Of a stretch of DNA of 64,000 nt, positions 47,524-59,939 are shown piece by piece. The stretch comes from Candidatus Eiseniibacteriota bacterium (GTDB lineage Bacteria; Eisenbacteria; RBG-16-71-46), in assembly GCA_038231135.1 (NCBI GenBank), contig JBBRLX010000009.1, positions 54,222-118,221 on the forward strand. Direction: 5' to 3'. The notes beneath the pieces were generated by a model, which did no database searches, was not told the origin of the DNA, and was given only the letters and a program-made list of their open reading frames with translations. Each line of letters starts with the position of its first letter. Positions within the stretch are counted from its first letter, which is position 1. A program made the translations under genes and the position numbers.

Positions 47524-48404
47524 TCTGGCGCTGCCGGGACCGGAGCTTCGACCTGGACGAGGGGCCGCTGATGATGGGGATCGTGAACGTGACCCCCGAC
47601 AGCTTCTCGGACGGCGGCCGCCACCTCGATCCCGAGGCGGCCGCGGCGCGCGTGCGCGAGCTCGCCGCCGAGGGCGCGGCGCTGGTCGACCTCGGCGCCG
47701 AGAGCACGCGGCCGAACTCGGTGCCGGTGCCGGCCGCCGAGCAGTGGCGCCGCCTCGAGCCGGTGCTGGAGCGGCTCGCCACAGGCGGGTCGCCGTGCCT
47801 GTCGGTGGACACCGCGAGCGCCGAGGTCGCCGACCGGGCGCTCGGCGCCGGCGTCCAGGTGGTGAACGACGTCACCGGGCTCGGCGATCCCGGCATGGCG
47901 GGCGTGGTGGCGCGGCACGGCGCGGGGCTCGTGATCATGCACATCCAGGGCGACCCCGCGACGATGCAGCTCGATCCGCACTACGGCGACGTCACTCGCG
48001 AGGTGCTGGAACACCTCCGCGACCGCGTGGATCGCGCCCTGGCCGCCGGGATTTCCGGCGACCGGATCGCGATCGATCCCGGCATCGGGTTCGGCAAGGG
48101 CCTGGCGCACAACCTCGAACTGCTCGCGCGGCTCGGCGAGCTGCGCGAGCCCGGCCGGCCGATCGTGATCGGGGTGTCGCGGAAGAGCTTCCTCGGCCGC
48201 CGCCTGGACCTGCCGGCCGACCAGCGCCTCGAGGGCGGCCTCGCGGCGACCGCGATCGCCGTCTACCTCGGCGCCGACATCGTTCGCACCCATGACGTGG
48301 CGGCGACGCGGCGCGCGCTGGCGATCGCCGGCGGCATCCGCGCGGCGCGCCGCAGCCGGGGCTGGAAATCCGGGACCGGTTCAGACACCATGGACGCATC
48401 ATGA
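47520..48404 (+). CDS. folP: Dihydropteroate synthase
   Basis: MGIVNVTPDSFSDGG, GAESTRP, DPGIGFGK, SRKSF, RTHDV. Confidence 0.96.
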   Translation: MIWRCRDRSFDLDEGPLMMGIVNVTPDSFSDGGRHLDPEAAAARVRELAAEGAALVDLGAESTRPNSVPVPAAEQWRRLEPVLERLATGGSPCLSVDTASAEVADRALGAGVQVVNDVTGLGDPGMAGVVARHGAGLVIMHIQGDPATMQLDPHYGDVTREVLEHLRDRVDRALAAGISGDRIAIDPGIGFGKGLAHNLELLARLGELREPGRPIVIGVSRKSFLGRRLDLPADQRLEGGLAATAIAVYLGADIVRTHDVAATRRALAIAGGIRAARRSRGWKSGTGSDTMDAS

Positions 48405-49231
48405 CTCCGGTTCACCACCTCTGGATCCTCGACGTCCTCGACATCCTGCTCGTGTCGGTGCTGTTCTACCGGCTGCTGATCCTCGTCAAGGGGACCCGCT
48501 CCGCGCAGATGTACGTGGGGCTGCTGGTGATCGTGATGATCGGGCTCGTGGCGCGGGAATTCGACCTGATCGCGATCCGCTGGATCGTCGACAGCCTGAA
48601 GACCGTGTGGCTGATCGCGTTCGTGATCCTGTTCCAGCCCGAGCTGCGGCACGCGCTCGCGCTGTTCGGCCGCACCCGGTATTTCCGGTCGTTCCTGCGC
48701 GGCGATCACTACGGCGTGCTGGGCGAGGTGGTGCGCGCAGTCGAGACGCTCGCCCGCCGCCGCCACGGCGCGCTGATCGCGGTCGAGCGCAACACCGGCC
48801 TGCGCAACTTCGTCGAGACCGGCACCCGCATGGACGCCAAGATTTCGGCCGAGCTGATCGTGACGCTGTTCAGCCCCGGCTCGCCGCTGCACGACGGCGC
48901 CGTGATCCTGCGCGAAGACACCGTCGTCGCCGCGTCGTGCATCCTGCCGCTCACGAGCAACCCGCGCGTAGCCGCGATGTTCGGCACCCGCCATCGCGCG
49001 GCGCTCGGGCTGTCCGAGGAGACCGACGCCGCGATCGTGGTGGTGAGCGAGCAGACCGGCGACATCTCGGTGGCCTACCGCGGCCGGCTGCTGCAGAAGC
49101 TCAACGAAGGCGAGCTGCGCAGCGAGCTGTCGAGGATCTTCCGCATCCGGCCCCAGGACGAGCCGCCCGAGCCGGACGTCGGCGAGCCCGAGCGCGAGGC
49201 GGACAAGACGCCGGAGCAGGCCGCGAGCTGA
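48401..49231 (+). CDS. cdaA: Membrane diadenylate cyclase CdaA
   Basis: Three TMs, FQPELR, PLHDGA, GTRHRAALG. Confidence 0.95.
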   Translation: MTPVHHLWILDVLDILLVSVLFYRLLILVKGTRSAQMYVGLLVIVMIGLVAREFDLIAIRWIVDSLKTVWLIAFVILFQPELRHALALFGRTRYFRSFLRGDHYGVLGEVVRAVETLARRRHGALIAVERNTGLRNFVETGTRMDAKISAELIVTLFSPGSPLHDGAVILREDTVVAASCILPLTSNPRVAAMFGTRHRAALGLSEETDAAIVVVSEQTGDISVAYRGRLLQKLNEGELRSELSRIFRIRPQDEPPEPDVGEPEREADKTPEQAAS

Positions 49232-49279
49232 CGCGCGGAGCCGTGGGGCAGCGACGCCGCGGCGTCGCCGCCGCGCGGT

Positions 49280-49308
49280 TTGACAACCGGCGTCGCGATT
49301 CCTAACGT
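49280..49308 (+). promoter_or_regulatory. Sigma70 promoter for tRNA-tilS-hpt-ftsH
   Basis: TTGACA-N17-TAACGT. Confidence 0.6.
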
Positions 49309-49345
49309 TCGTCGCCCGCCGTTCCGCCCGGAATGGCCGGCATGT

Positions 49346-49421
49346 GGCGGTGTAGCTCAGCTGGTAGAGCAGGAGAATCATAATCTCTGTGTCCGGGGTT
49401 CGAGTCCCTGCGCCGCCACCA
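49346..49421 (+). tRNA. tRNA-Met (CAT), elongator type
   Basis: 76-nt cloverleaf GGCGGTG...CGCCGCC-ACCA; anticodon CAT; GTTCGAGTC T-loop. G1:C72 is paired and there is no GGG/CCC anticodon stem, so it is not the initiator. Confidence 0.93.
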
Positions 49422-49493
49422 GTTTCCCTGTCCGCGGCGCCACGCGGGCGCCGCCGGCCCCTCAGCACCCCCGGCGCGCGACCCGTTCCACGG

Positions 49494-50612
49494 TTGCGCC
49501 GGATCGAGCCGGTGCTGCGTCGCGCGCTGCGCGCCGGCTGCCGGCTGCCCGAGGGGTCCCGCGTGCTCGTCGCAGTGAGCGGCGGCGCCGATTCCACGGC
49601 GCTGCTGCTGGGTCTCGCCCGCGTGGCTCACGAGTTCGGGCTCGAATGGGTCGCCGCGCACCTGCACCATGGCGTGCGGGGCGCCGCGGCCGACGCGGAC
49701 CTCGCGCACGTCCGTGCCCTGTGCGAGCGGCTCGGGCTGCCGCTCGAGGCCGCGCGCCGCGATGTGCCGCGCCTGATGCGGGCGCGCGGGCTCTCGGGCG
49801 AATCCGGCATGCGCACGCTGCGCCGCGAATTCCTGATGGACGCCGCCGCGCGGGTGGGAGCGGTCGCGATCGCGACCGGGCACACCGCGGACGACCAGCT
49901 CGAGACCGTGCTGATGCGGCTCGTGCGCGGCACCGGGCTCGCCGGACTCGGCGGCATGGCCCCGCGGCGCGGCCGCTGGATCAAGCCGCTGCTCGAGGCC
50001 ACCCGCGACGACGTGGAGCGCGACCTGACCCGTGCGGGCATCGCTTGGCGCGAGGACGATTCGAACCGCTCACCCGCGTACTTCCGGAATCGCATCCGCC
50101 ACCTGGCGATCCCGGCACTCGTCGAGGCCGCACGTGACGAACCCGGGACATCGCGCCGGGTCAAGGCCGGCCCAGCTTCGGCCGATCCAACCGTCGGGGG
50201 CGCCCGGGCGCGAACATCGGCGCTGCGAGCGCGACTGGCACGCAACGCGGCGGCCGCGACCCGCGAAACCCGCTCGGCCCGGGCGCTGCTCGACCGCCGG
50301 TGCTACCGGATGCTGGGGGACGTTTGTCGCATCCAACCGGAAGGGTTCCGGCTCGACTGGGAACGCGTGGCCGCGAGCCCGCTCGCCTTGCGCCGCGCAA
50401 TCCTGAGGAAACTCTGGAGACAGCTCGTTCACGGTGGCCAGGGCCTGACGCTCCGCCACCTCGGCGCCATCGAAGCGTTGCCGGCGAAATCGCCGGCCGG
50501 TTCGGGCGCGGAGCTTCCGGGCGGTATACTGGCGTGGCGGGATCGAAACTGGCTGTATTGTCGACGAGCACCCTCAGCAACGCGAGCGGGAGCCAGGCGA
50601 GCGCACCGATGA
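49494..50612 (+). CDS. tilS: tRNA(Ile)-lysidine synthetase, short form apparently lacking TilS_C
   Basis: AVSGGADS, HLHHGVR, GHTADDQLET, EDDSN, RNRIR. Start estimated at TTG 49494 because the ORF-track start lies inside the tRNA. Confidence 0.9.
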   Translation: MRRIEPVLRRALRAGCRLPEGSRVLVAVSGGADSTALLLGLARVAHEFGLEWVAAHLHHGVRGAAADADLAHVRALCERLGLPLEAARRDVPRLMRARGLSGESGMRTLRREFLMDAAARVGAVAIATGHTADDQLETVLMRLVRGTGLAGLGGMAPRRGRWIKPLLEATRDDVERDLTRAGIAWREDDSNRSPAYFRNRIRHLAIPALVEAARDEPGTSRRVKAGPASADPTVGGARARTSALRARLARNAAAATRETRSARALLDRRCYRMLGDVCRIQPEGFRLDWERVAASPLALRRAILRKLWRQLVHGGQGLTLRHLGAIEALPAKSPAGSGAELPGGILAWRDRNWLYCRRAPSATRAGARRAHR

Positions 50613-50670
50613 CCGGACCCCGGGCCGGCCGGTCCGCCAGCACCCTGGTTCTCTCCGATCGGAGCCCCCC

Positions 50671-51216
50671 ATGACTGAGAGCCATGCCGTTACGGACCCC
50701 ACCGTTCGAGTGATGTTCACCGCCGATCAGATCGCGACCCGAGTGAGGGAGATGGGCCTCGAGCTGGCTCGTTCGCTGACCACGACACGCCCGCTCTACA
50801 TCGGAGTACTGAAGGGCGCGTGCATGTTCCAGTGCGACCTCGCGCGGGCCACGCCGCTCGATGTCGAGCTCGATTTCCTGTCGGTGTCGTCCTATGGCCA
50901 CGGCACCACTTCGAGCGGCACCGTGCGGATCATCTCGGACCTGCGGGGCGAGATCACGGGCCGCCACGTCGTGTTGTGTGAAGGAGTTGTGGACTCGGGG
51001 CTGAGCGTGTCGTTCATCCTGGATCTGTTGCGCTCGCGGGGTCCGGCGAGCATCCAAGTGGCGACATTGCTGGACAAGGTACCCTGCCGCAAGCTGCAGG
51101 TGCCGGTCGATTATGCTGGCTGGAGGATCGGCTCGGAATTCGTGATCGGCTACGGAATGGATGCAGCCGAACGCTATCGCAATCTTCCCTATGTAGGTGT
51201 CCTCGAGGAGGCATAG
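50671..51216 (+). CDS. hpt: Hypoxanthine phosphoribosyltransferase
   Basis: GVLKGA, VSSYG, LLDK, FVIGYGMD, YRNLPY; variant PRPP loop VLCEGVVDSG. Confidence 0.9.
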   Translation: MTESHAVTDPTVRVMFTADQIATRVREMGLELARSLTTTRPLYIGVLKGACMFQCDLARATPLDVELDFLSVSSYGHGTTSSGTVRIISDLRGEITGRHVVLCEGVVDSGLSVSFILDLLRSRGPASIQVATLLDKVPCRKLQVPVDYAGWRIGSEFVIGYGMDAAERYRNLPYVGVLEEA

Positions 51217-51219
51217 TTC

Positions 51220-54200
51220 GTGAACGTTCTCTGGCGGGGCTCGGACCCCGGATCGGATGACGGCCGCAAGCAACGCCGCGGAACCAATCGCGGCAACGGT
51301 CCCTCGCGCGGCCGCACGCCCGTGCCGGTGCCACCGGGTCGGCCGTTCCGCACGCTGGCATTCTGGGCGCTGGTGGTGCTGCTGTCCCTGGTCGCCTACC
51401 GCATGTATCAGGGCAGCTTCATGACGCCCCAGCGGGTCGACCTGTCGTATACCCGGTTCATCGACGAGGTGAACAAGGGCAACATCGCGAATATGCAGAT
51501 CATCGAGCGCACGGTCACAGGCGAGCTCAAGAGCGAAGCGAAGCTCAGCGCCAACGGGCACGACACACCGTTCAAGACGTTCAAGACCAACATCCTGGGC
51601 GACGGGGTGGGGCTGCCCGAGAAAGTCTGGCTGACCAATCCCAACATCGAGATCGAGGTCCGTACCGCGGGCGTGAACTGGCTGTCGCTGCTGTTCACCT
51701 GGCTCCCGCTGGTGATGATCTTCGGCGCCTGGTTGTTCCTGCTGCGCCAGATGCAGGCGGGCGGCAGCGCCGCGCTCAAGTTCGGCAAGACCAAGGCGCG
51801 CGTGCTGCTCGAGAGCACGCCCAAGGTGACATTCAAGGACGTCGCGGGCTGCGATGAAGCCAAGCAGGAACTGCAGGAGATCATCGAGTTCCTGAAGGAG
51901 CCCCAGAAGTTCCAGCGGCTCGGCGGGCGCATTCCGAAGGGCGCGCTGCTGCTGGGCCCTCCCGGCTCCGGCAAGACGCTGCTCGCGAAGGCCGTCGCCG
52001 GCGAAGCGGGCGTGCCGTTCTTCTCGATGAGCGGCTCGGACTTCGTCGAAATGTTCGTCGGTGTCGGGGCGAGCGTGACGGGTGACACGCCGATCCTCGT
52101 GCGTCACGAGGGACAGACGCGCCTGGTGCCGATCGGCGAGTTCGTCGACTCGTTCTATGCGGCGGGGGCCGAGGGCGTCGTTGCCGTCGAGGACGTGGAG
52201 ACGCTCGGCTTCGACGAGCTGGATTCCAAGTTCAAGGGCTCGAGCAAGACGTTCGTAAAGGGCAGCGCGTGGAAGCGCGCGCGTGGCGTGTTCCGCCATC
52301 GCGTGAACGAGATCCACGAGATCCGGTATCTCGGCGGCACGCTGCGGACGACCGGCGATCACAGCGTGTTCGTGCGCACGCGCGACGGCATCAAGTCCGT
52401 GGCGGCGCGCGATCTCAAGCCCGGCGACGTGCTCGTCCAGTTGCCGCTCAAGGTGCGCGGCGAGTACTCCGCGGATCACGGCACGCCGCATACGTCCCGG
52501 ACTCACGCGTTCCCCAGGGCCGAGGAGCCGCCCACGCTTCGCGTGGTCGAGCACGATGCGCGCGAGCAGGAGCGTTACGCATTCGCGGTGGAGCAGCGCG
52601 GCCAGTCGTCGCAGGCCGAGGTCGCCGCCGCGATCGGCGCGTCCCAGATGACCGTGAGCAACTGGCAGACCGGGAAGCATGAGCCGCGGGCGCTGTCGAC
52701 GCGCTATTCGGATCATGTGCTGCCCGAGCAGGTGGAGCTGTCTCCCCGGCTGATGAAACTGCTCGGCTACTACACGGCGGAAGGGCGAGGGAACGGCTGC
52801 CTCGAGTTCACGTTCGGCACGCACGAGCCCGATCTGTACAACGATGCGCTCGAAGGCGTGCGGGAGATCTTCGGCGTCGAAGGTGTGCTCCAGCACACCG
52901 CCGACAACAGCACGAAGGTCGTGTTCTACTCCGCGCCGCTCGGCCGATTCTTCGAGCGCCTGTGCGGCACCGGCAGCAAGAACAAGCACGTCCCCGACGT
53001 GCTGTGGGATCTGCCGCGGGAATACTTCGAGGCCTATCTGACGGGCTATGCGCTCGGTGACGGCTACGTGTCGACTTCCGGCAAGCTGAGCGTTACGTCG
53101 GTGAGCCATACGCTGATTCGCGAGCTCGCGTGGCTGTGCGCCATGCACGGCATTCCGGCGGGCATCCCCCACACGCTGCAGCCGGCAGGCCGCGTCATCA
53201 AGAGCAAGCCGCTGCCGGCCGGCGAGGCCTGGAACCTGATCATCGGCAAGACCCGCCACTGGCTGGCCCGCGATCGCGAGCGGCAGGGCAAGCGCGCGAT
53301 CGTTCGCAGCGTCACCGTGGTTCCCTACGACGGGTTCGTCTACGACCTGTGCGGCTGCGACAACGAAGCGTTCTTCGGCGGCGAGAAGCCGGTGCTGCTG
53401 CACAACAGCCGCGTGCGGGATTTGTTCGAACAGGGCAAGCGCAATGCCCCATGTCTGACGGGCGATACCGTCGTCACCCTCACCGGCGGACGACAGGTGA
53501 CCATAGAAGAAATGTTCGACAAGCGCATGGTCGGCGTGCGCGTGCCCGCAATGACGGAGGAGTTCGGCTTCGAGGACGCGAACGTCATCGGCATCACTCG
53601 AAAGCTCAGTTCCGAGATCTTCAGGATCACCACGTCGACGAGCGCCATCGAGTCCACGGGCAACCATCAGTTCCCGATTCTGCGGGGCGCGGGAATGGTG
53701 TGGGTTCGCGCGGATGAACTGAAGCTGGGAGACTGCGTCGCCGTGCCTCGTGTCGTGTGCACGGACTCATACCCGCCGCTCATGTATCGCTTCCTGCCCG
53801 AATCGACGTGGGTGCGATTCCATGGGGAGAGATCGCATGTTCGCCGCTCGCGTGTGAGCGAGATCCCGAACATTCGCCAAAGACACGGCGAGATTGAGTC
53901 GTTTGGGATGGGTGGCGGAGGCTTCTGCTCTTCGACGCTGACCCGGATCCCAAGACATCTTCACGAGGACATCGCTTATCTGTGTGGTCTGATCGCGTCC
54001 GACGGATATTTCGGGGGAGAGGGCTACCGGACGATTTCATTCGTTAATACCGAAATCGCTTTACATGACCGGATTCAGGGCATTTGCGAGACGTGGTTCG
54101 GCTATTCGCCGAAGCGCCATCTGAACGCCAAGCATTACGAAGCGTTGCTCCCGCAAGGAACAACGGCCAAGAATCTCCGTGATTGCTACACCTCACACCT

Positions 54201-56052
54201 CAACAACCGCTTGCTTTGCGAGATCGTGCGCTCTGTTCAGCGATCCGTTCTCGAGCTTCCGAATTACATGGTCGCGGCCTGGCTCCGCGGCATGTTCGAC
54301 GGGGATGGTTGTGTCCGGACGACCTCTTCATCGCCGCAAGTGATCATCTCGGCGTGGAAGCGTCCTACGAACCAACTCGTTCGGGACGCTTTGCTTCGCG
54401 TAGGAATTGTCACCAACCTTTCACCGGCGGCGAGCCTGGGTCGTGATGGCAATGTTGTGATCACGGGTCGCGAGTCGGTGATGCGCTTCATCAGCCGCGT
54501 ATATTCGGATCATCCTGCCAGGCGGGAACGGCTAGACGGGCTCGTGCCTGTACTGCAGCAGCGCGAGGGATCTTCGTCACGCCTCGATTCGATTCCGGCT
54601 GGCGAACTGCTGCTCAACGCCCGTCGCTCAGTGGGCATGGGGCAAAGGTCCCTGTCACTTCAGACTGTGGTCGAGGAGATGGAGGACTGGTGCGACCAGA
54701 ACTCCGTCGACATCACCGAGGCGTTCTCGCGCCTCAAGGACCTGTCCGAGTCCGCCGTGCTCTGGGCGCGCATCGAGAGGATCGAACGGCGGGATGCTGA
54801 GGTGCCGGTCTATGACCTATGTCTCGATCGGCATCACTGCTTCATCGCGAACAACATCGTCACGCACAATTGCATCGTTTTCATCGACGAAATCGACGCC
54901 GTCGGCCGGCATCGTGGCGCCGGACTCGGGGGTGGTCACGACGAGCGCGAGCAGACGCTGAACCAGTTGCTCGTCGAGATGGACGGGTTCGATTCCAACG
55001 AGGGCGTCATCATGGTCGCGGCGACGAACCGGCCGGACGTGCTCGACCCCGCGCTGCTCCGGCCGGGACGATTCGACCGGCAGATCGTCGTGGACTGGCC
55101 GGACGTGCGCGGGCGCGAGGGCATCCTCAAGGTGCACACGCGGCGCATTCCGCTGTCGGACGAGGTCGACCTCGGCGCGATCGCGCGCGGCACGCCGGGC
55201 ATGGCGGGCGCCGATCTCGCGAACCTGGTCAACGAATCGGCGCTGCTCGCGGCGCGGCGCAATCACAAGAAAGTGTCGATGCGCGACTTCGAGGACGCCA
55301 AGGACAAGGTGATGCTCGGCATGGAGCGCAAGAGCCTCGTCATGTCGGAGTCCGAGCGCAGGAGCACGGCCTATCACGAGGCCGGGCACGCGCTGGTCGC
55401 GTGGCTGCTGCCGGGGTCGGATCCGGTGGACAAGATCACGATCATTCCACGCGGCCGGGCGCTCGGGATCACGTCGTATCTTCCCAAGGAGGAGCGGTAC
55501 TCGCGCTCGAAGGAGGACCTGCTCCGGTCGCTGTGCATGCTGATGGGCGGACGGGCGGCCGAGTTCCTGGTGTTCAGCCACCTCACGACCGGCGCGTCGA
55601 ACGATATCGAGCGCGCGACGGCGCTGGCGCGGCGGATGGTGTGCGAGCTCGGCATGAGCGAGAACCTGGGGCCGCTCACGTTCGGCAAGAAGGAGGAGAT
55701 GGTGTTCCTCGGCCGCGAGATCGCGAGTCACAAGGACTACAGCGAACAGACCGCCGAGTTGATCGACAAGGAGGTCCGGCAGCTCGTGGAAGCGGCGTAC
55801 GAGCGTGCTCTGACGCTGCTGCGCGAGAACCTCGACAAGCTGGATCTGATCGGCAAGGCGCTGCTCGAGCGCGAGGTGATGGACGGCGACCAACTGGAGC
55901 GCCTGCTGCGCGGTGAAGTCCTGGAGCCGATCCAGACCGAGGCCGAGAAGATGGAGCACGAGAACCAACTCGAAGAGAAACCCGCCAAAGTCGAGGGCCC
56001 GGGGGGCATCGAGCCATTCCGCCCACCCGCTCCCCGACCCGCGGGTGCCTGA
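51220..56052 (+). CDS. ftsH: ATP-dependent zinc metalloprotease FtsH precursor with two inteins (1610 aa; 692 aa predicted after splicing)
   Basis: Two TMs, Walker A GPPGSGKT, pore loop MFVG, Walker B FIDEID, SRH RPGRFDR, HEAGH. Confidence 0.97.
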   Translation: MNVLWRGSDPGSDDGRKQRRGTNRGNGPSRGRTPVPVPPGRPFRTLAFWALVVLLSLVAYRMYQGSFMTPQRVDLSYTRFIDEVNKGNIANMQIIERTVTGELKSEAKLSANGHDTPFKTFKTNILGDGVGLPEKVWLTNPNIEIEVRTAGVNWLSLLFTWLPLVMIFGAWLFLLRQMQAGGSAALKFGKTKARVLLESTPKVTFKDVAGCDEAKQELQEIIEFLKEPQKFQRLGGRIPKGALLLGPPGSGKTLLAKAVAGEAGVPFFSMSGSDFVEMFVGVGASVTGDTPILVRHEGQTRLVPIGEFVDSFYAAGAEGVVAVEDVETLGFDELDSKFKGSSKTFVKGSAWKRARGVFRHRVNEIHEIRYLGGTLRTTGDHSVFVRTRDGIKSVAARDLKPGDVLVQLPLKVRGEYSADHGTPHTSRTHAFPRAEEPPTLRVVEHDAREQERYAFAVEQRGQSSQAEVAAAIGASQMTVSNWQTGKHEPRALSTRYSDHVLPEQVELSPRLMKLLGYYTAEGRGNGCLEFTFGTHEPDLYNDALEGVREIFGVEGVLQHTADNSTKVVFYSAPLGRFFERLCGTGSKNKHVPDVLWDLPREYFEAYLTGYALGDGYVSTSGKLSVTSVSHTLIRELAWLCAMHGIPAGIPHTLQPAGRVIKSKPLPAGEAWNLIIGKTRHWLARDRERQGKRAIVRSVTVVPYDGFVYDLCGCDNEAFFGGEKPVLLHNSRVRDLFEQGKRNAPCLTGDTVVTLTGGRQVTIEEMFDKRMVGVRVPAMTEEFGFEDANVIGITRKLSSEIFRITTSTSAIESTGNHQFPILRGAGMVWVRADELKLGDCVAVPRVVCTDSYPPLMYRFLPESTWVRFHGERSHVRRSRVSEIPNIRQRHGEIESFGMGGGGFCSSTLTRIPRHLHEDIAYLCGLIASDGYFGGEGYRTISFVNTEIALHDRIQGICETWFGYSPKRHLNAKHYEALLPQGTTAKNLRDCYTSHLNNRLLCEIVRSVQRSVLELPNYMVAAWLRGMFDGDGCVRTTSSSPQVIISAWKRPTNQLVRDALLRVGIVTNLSPAASLGRDGNVVITGRESVMRFISRVYSDHPARRERLDGLVPVLQQREGSSSRLDSIPAGELLLNARRSVGMGQRSLSLQTVVEEMEDWCDQNSVDITEAFSRLKDLSESAVLWARIERIERRDAEVPVYDLCLDRHHCFIANNIVTHNCIVFIDEIDAVGRHRGAGLGGGHDEREQTLNQLLVEMDGFDSNEGVIMVAATNRPDVLDPALLRPGRFDRQIVVDWPDVRGREGILKVHTRRIPLSDEVDLGAIARGTPGMAGADLANLVNESALLAARRNHKKVSMRDFEDAKDKVMLGMERKSLVMSESERRSTAYHEAGHALVAWLLPGSDPVDKITIIPRGRALGITSYLPKEERYSRSKEDLLRSLCMLMGGRAAEFLVFSHLTTGASNDIERATALARRMVCELGMSENLGPLTFGKKEEMVFLGREIASHKDYSEQTAELIDKEVRQLVEAAYERALTLLRENLDKLDLIGKALLEREVMDGDQLERLLRGEVLEPIQTEAEKMEHENQLEEKPAKVEGPGGIEPFRPPAPRPAGA
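52072..53406 (+). mobile_element. Intein 1 in FtsH (445 aa; Ser1; XRE-like HTH + LAGLIDADG endonuclease)
   Basis: [14 protein letters not shown]; block [15 protein letters not shown] and [10 protein letters not shown]; block F VYDL; PVLLHN|S. Confidence 0.93.
53452..54870 (+). mobile_element. Intein 2 in FtsH (473 aa; Cys1; LAGLIDADG endonuclease)
   Basis: [11 protein letters not shown]; block [15 protein letters not shown] and [26 protein letters not shown]. Confidence 0.94.
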
Positions 56053-56214
56053 GCTGGTGAACGGGCGTGCAGGAGAAGGTTTACACATCCAACACTTAAC
56101 ATTTGACCCTTACTTGCAACCTGTTGCCACGAAAACACGTCTAATAGGTTGTCGCACGTAAGCGAGCGTGTGGCACCTCCAAGCAGCAGGGCAATGCGAA
56201 GGTTCCAAGACAGT

Positions 56215-56250
56215 GACGACCCCGAGGAAGGCAGACTCCTCGGGGTCGTT
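56215..56250. terminator. Hairpin between convergent ftsH and fadJ-like genes
   Basis: GACGACCCCGAGGA-AGGCAGAC-TCCTCGGGGTCGTT. Confidence 0.65.
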
Positions 56251-56344
56251 GCGTTGTGGGCAACAGCCTCTCCGGTGGCGTTGTGTCCCGCCCCTGGCGC
56301 AGAACGTCCCGCAGGCTTCGGGCCCCTGGTCCCGTGAGCCGACC

Positions 56345-58518
<2,174 letters not shown>

Positions 58519-58522
<4 letters not shown>

Positions 58523-59802
58523 GGGCGCTCCAGCACGAACGCCGCGCCCTGGCCGCCGCCGACGCACAGCGACGCGATGCCGCGCTTCAAGCCCTGGCGC
58601 CGCAGCTCGTGCAGCAGCGTGAGCAGCAGCCGCGCGCCGCTCGAGCCCACCGGGTGCCCCAGCGCGATCGCGCCGCCGTTCACGTTCAGCTTCCCGAGCG
58701 GAATCTCACCGAGCGCCCGGTCGCGCCCCAGCTCGGCGCGCGCGAACGCGTCCGACCCGGCGGCCGCGAGGCACGCCAGCACCTGGGCGGCGAACGCCTC
58801 GTTGATCTCGATGCGCTCGCAGTCGCCAATCCCGAGGCCGGCCTTGTCCAGCGCCTCCGCCATCGCGTATACCGGGCCGAGACCCATGCGCCGCGGTGAC
58901 AGCCCGGAGAACGCGAACGAGCGGATGCGGCCGAGCGGCGGCGCCGGCCACGCCGCGGCGGCGGCATCGTCGCCGATCAGCAACGCCACCGCGCCGTCGG
59001 TGACCTGGCAGGAGTTGCCCACGGTCACGGTGCCGTTACGCCGGTCGAAGTACGGCTTGAGTTTCGCCAGCGCCGCGAGCGTCTGGCCCTCGCGCGGGCC
59101 GAAATCATCTCGTACCATGTCGTACTTGGGCGGCGTCAGCACCGGGACGATCTCCTCGCGCAGCCGCTCCCGCGCGGCGAGCGCGAGCTGATGGCTGCGC
59201 AGCGCAAATTCGTCCTGCTGCTCGCGCGTGATCCGGAACTCACGGCTCAGCACTTCGGCCGTCTGCCCCATGTTGAGCCCGCAGGTGAGATCGGTGAGCC
59301 CCTCGGCCAGCGCGATCCGCGGCGTCAGCATCGCGGGCCGGAAGCCCGCGAGCACGCCGAGTTTCTGCGGCATCGACTTCGCTCGCATCAGCCGCTCGAG
59401 CCAGTCGGCGTAGCTGGACGCGTAGAACAGCGGGATCTGGCTCATCGATTCCATGCCGCCCGCGAGCACCAGGTGCGCGTCGCCGCTGGCGATGCGGTAC
59501 GACGCGTCGGCCACCGATTCCATGCCCGAGGCGCAGTTGCGGTGCACGGTGAAACCGGGGACGCGCTCCGGGACGCCGGCGCGCAACGCGGTGACGCGCG
59601 CGATGTTCGCGGCCTCGGCCGGCTGGGCACAATTTCCCATGATCACCTGGTCGAGCCGCGCGGGGTCCAGGTCCTGGCGCGCAAGCAGCTCGGCCATGGC
59701 GATGCGGCCCAGCTCGTAGGCGGGAATCCGCTTGAAGACGGTGCCGGCCCTGGCGAACGGCGTTCGGATTCCTCCGAGAATCCAGCTCGAAATCATGGCC
59801 AC
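58519..59802 (-). CDS. fadI: 3-ketoacyl-CoA thiolase
   Basis: RTPF, NCASG, NEAFAA, NGGAIALGHP, CVGGGQG. Confidence 0.9.
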
Positions 59803-59939
59803 CGACTGTCCTCCAGCCTCGTGAAGGTGTCAAAGCATCGGGCTTGTCTTGCGCGGCCGGGCGGCCGATTCTCTAGGCAACTGAGCGGGTCCCGCGGCAA
59901 CGAGCCGGGGCCGCCCGCCTCGATTCGGGAGACCCATAA

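Noticed and set aside
49346..49421. tRNA as an integration site or as tRNA-Ile2
   Set aside because: No integrase or duplicated 3' end seen; the acceptor stem GGCGGTG resembles elongator Met. The isotype still needs a model-based check.
49389..49493. tilS start inside the tRNA gene
   Set aside because: ORF-caller artefact; homology begins downstream and TTG 49494 is more plausible.
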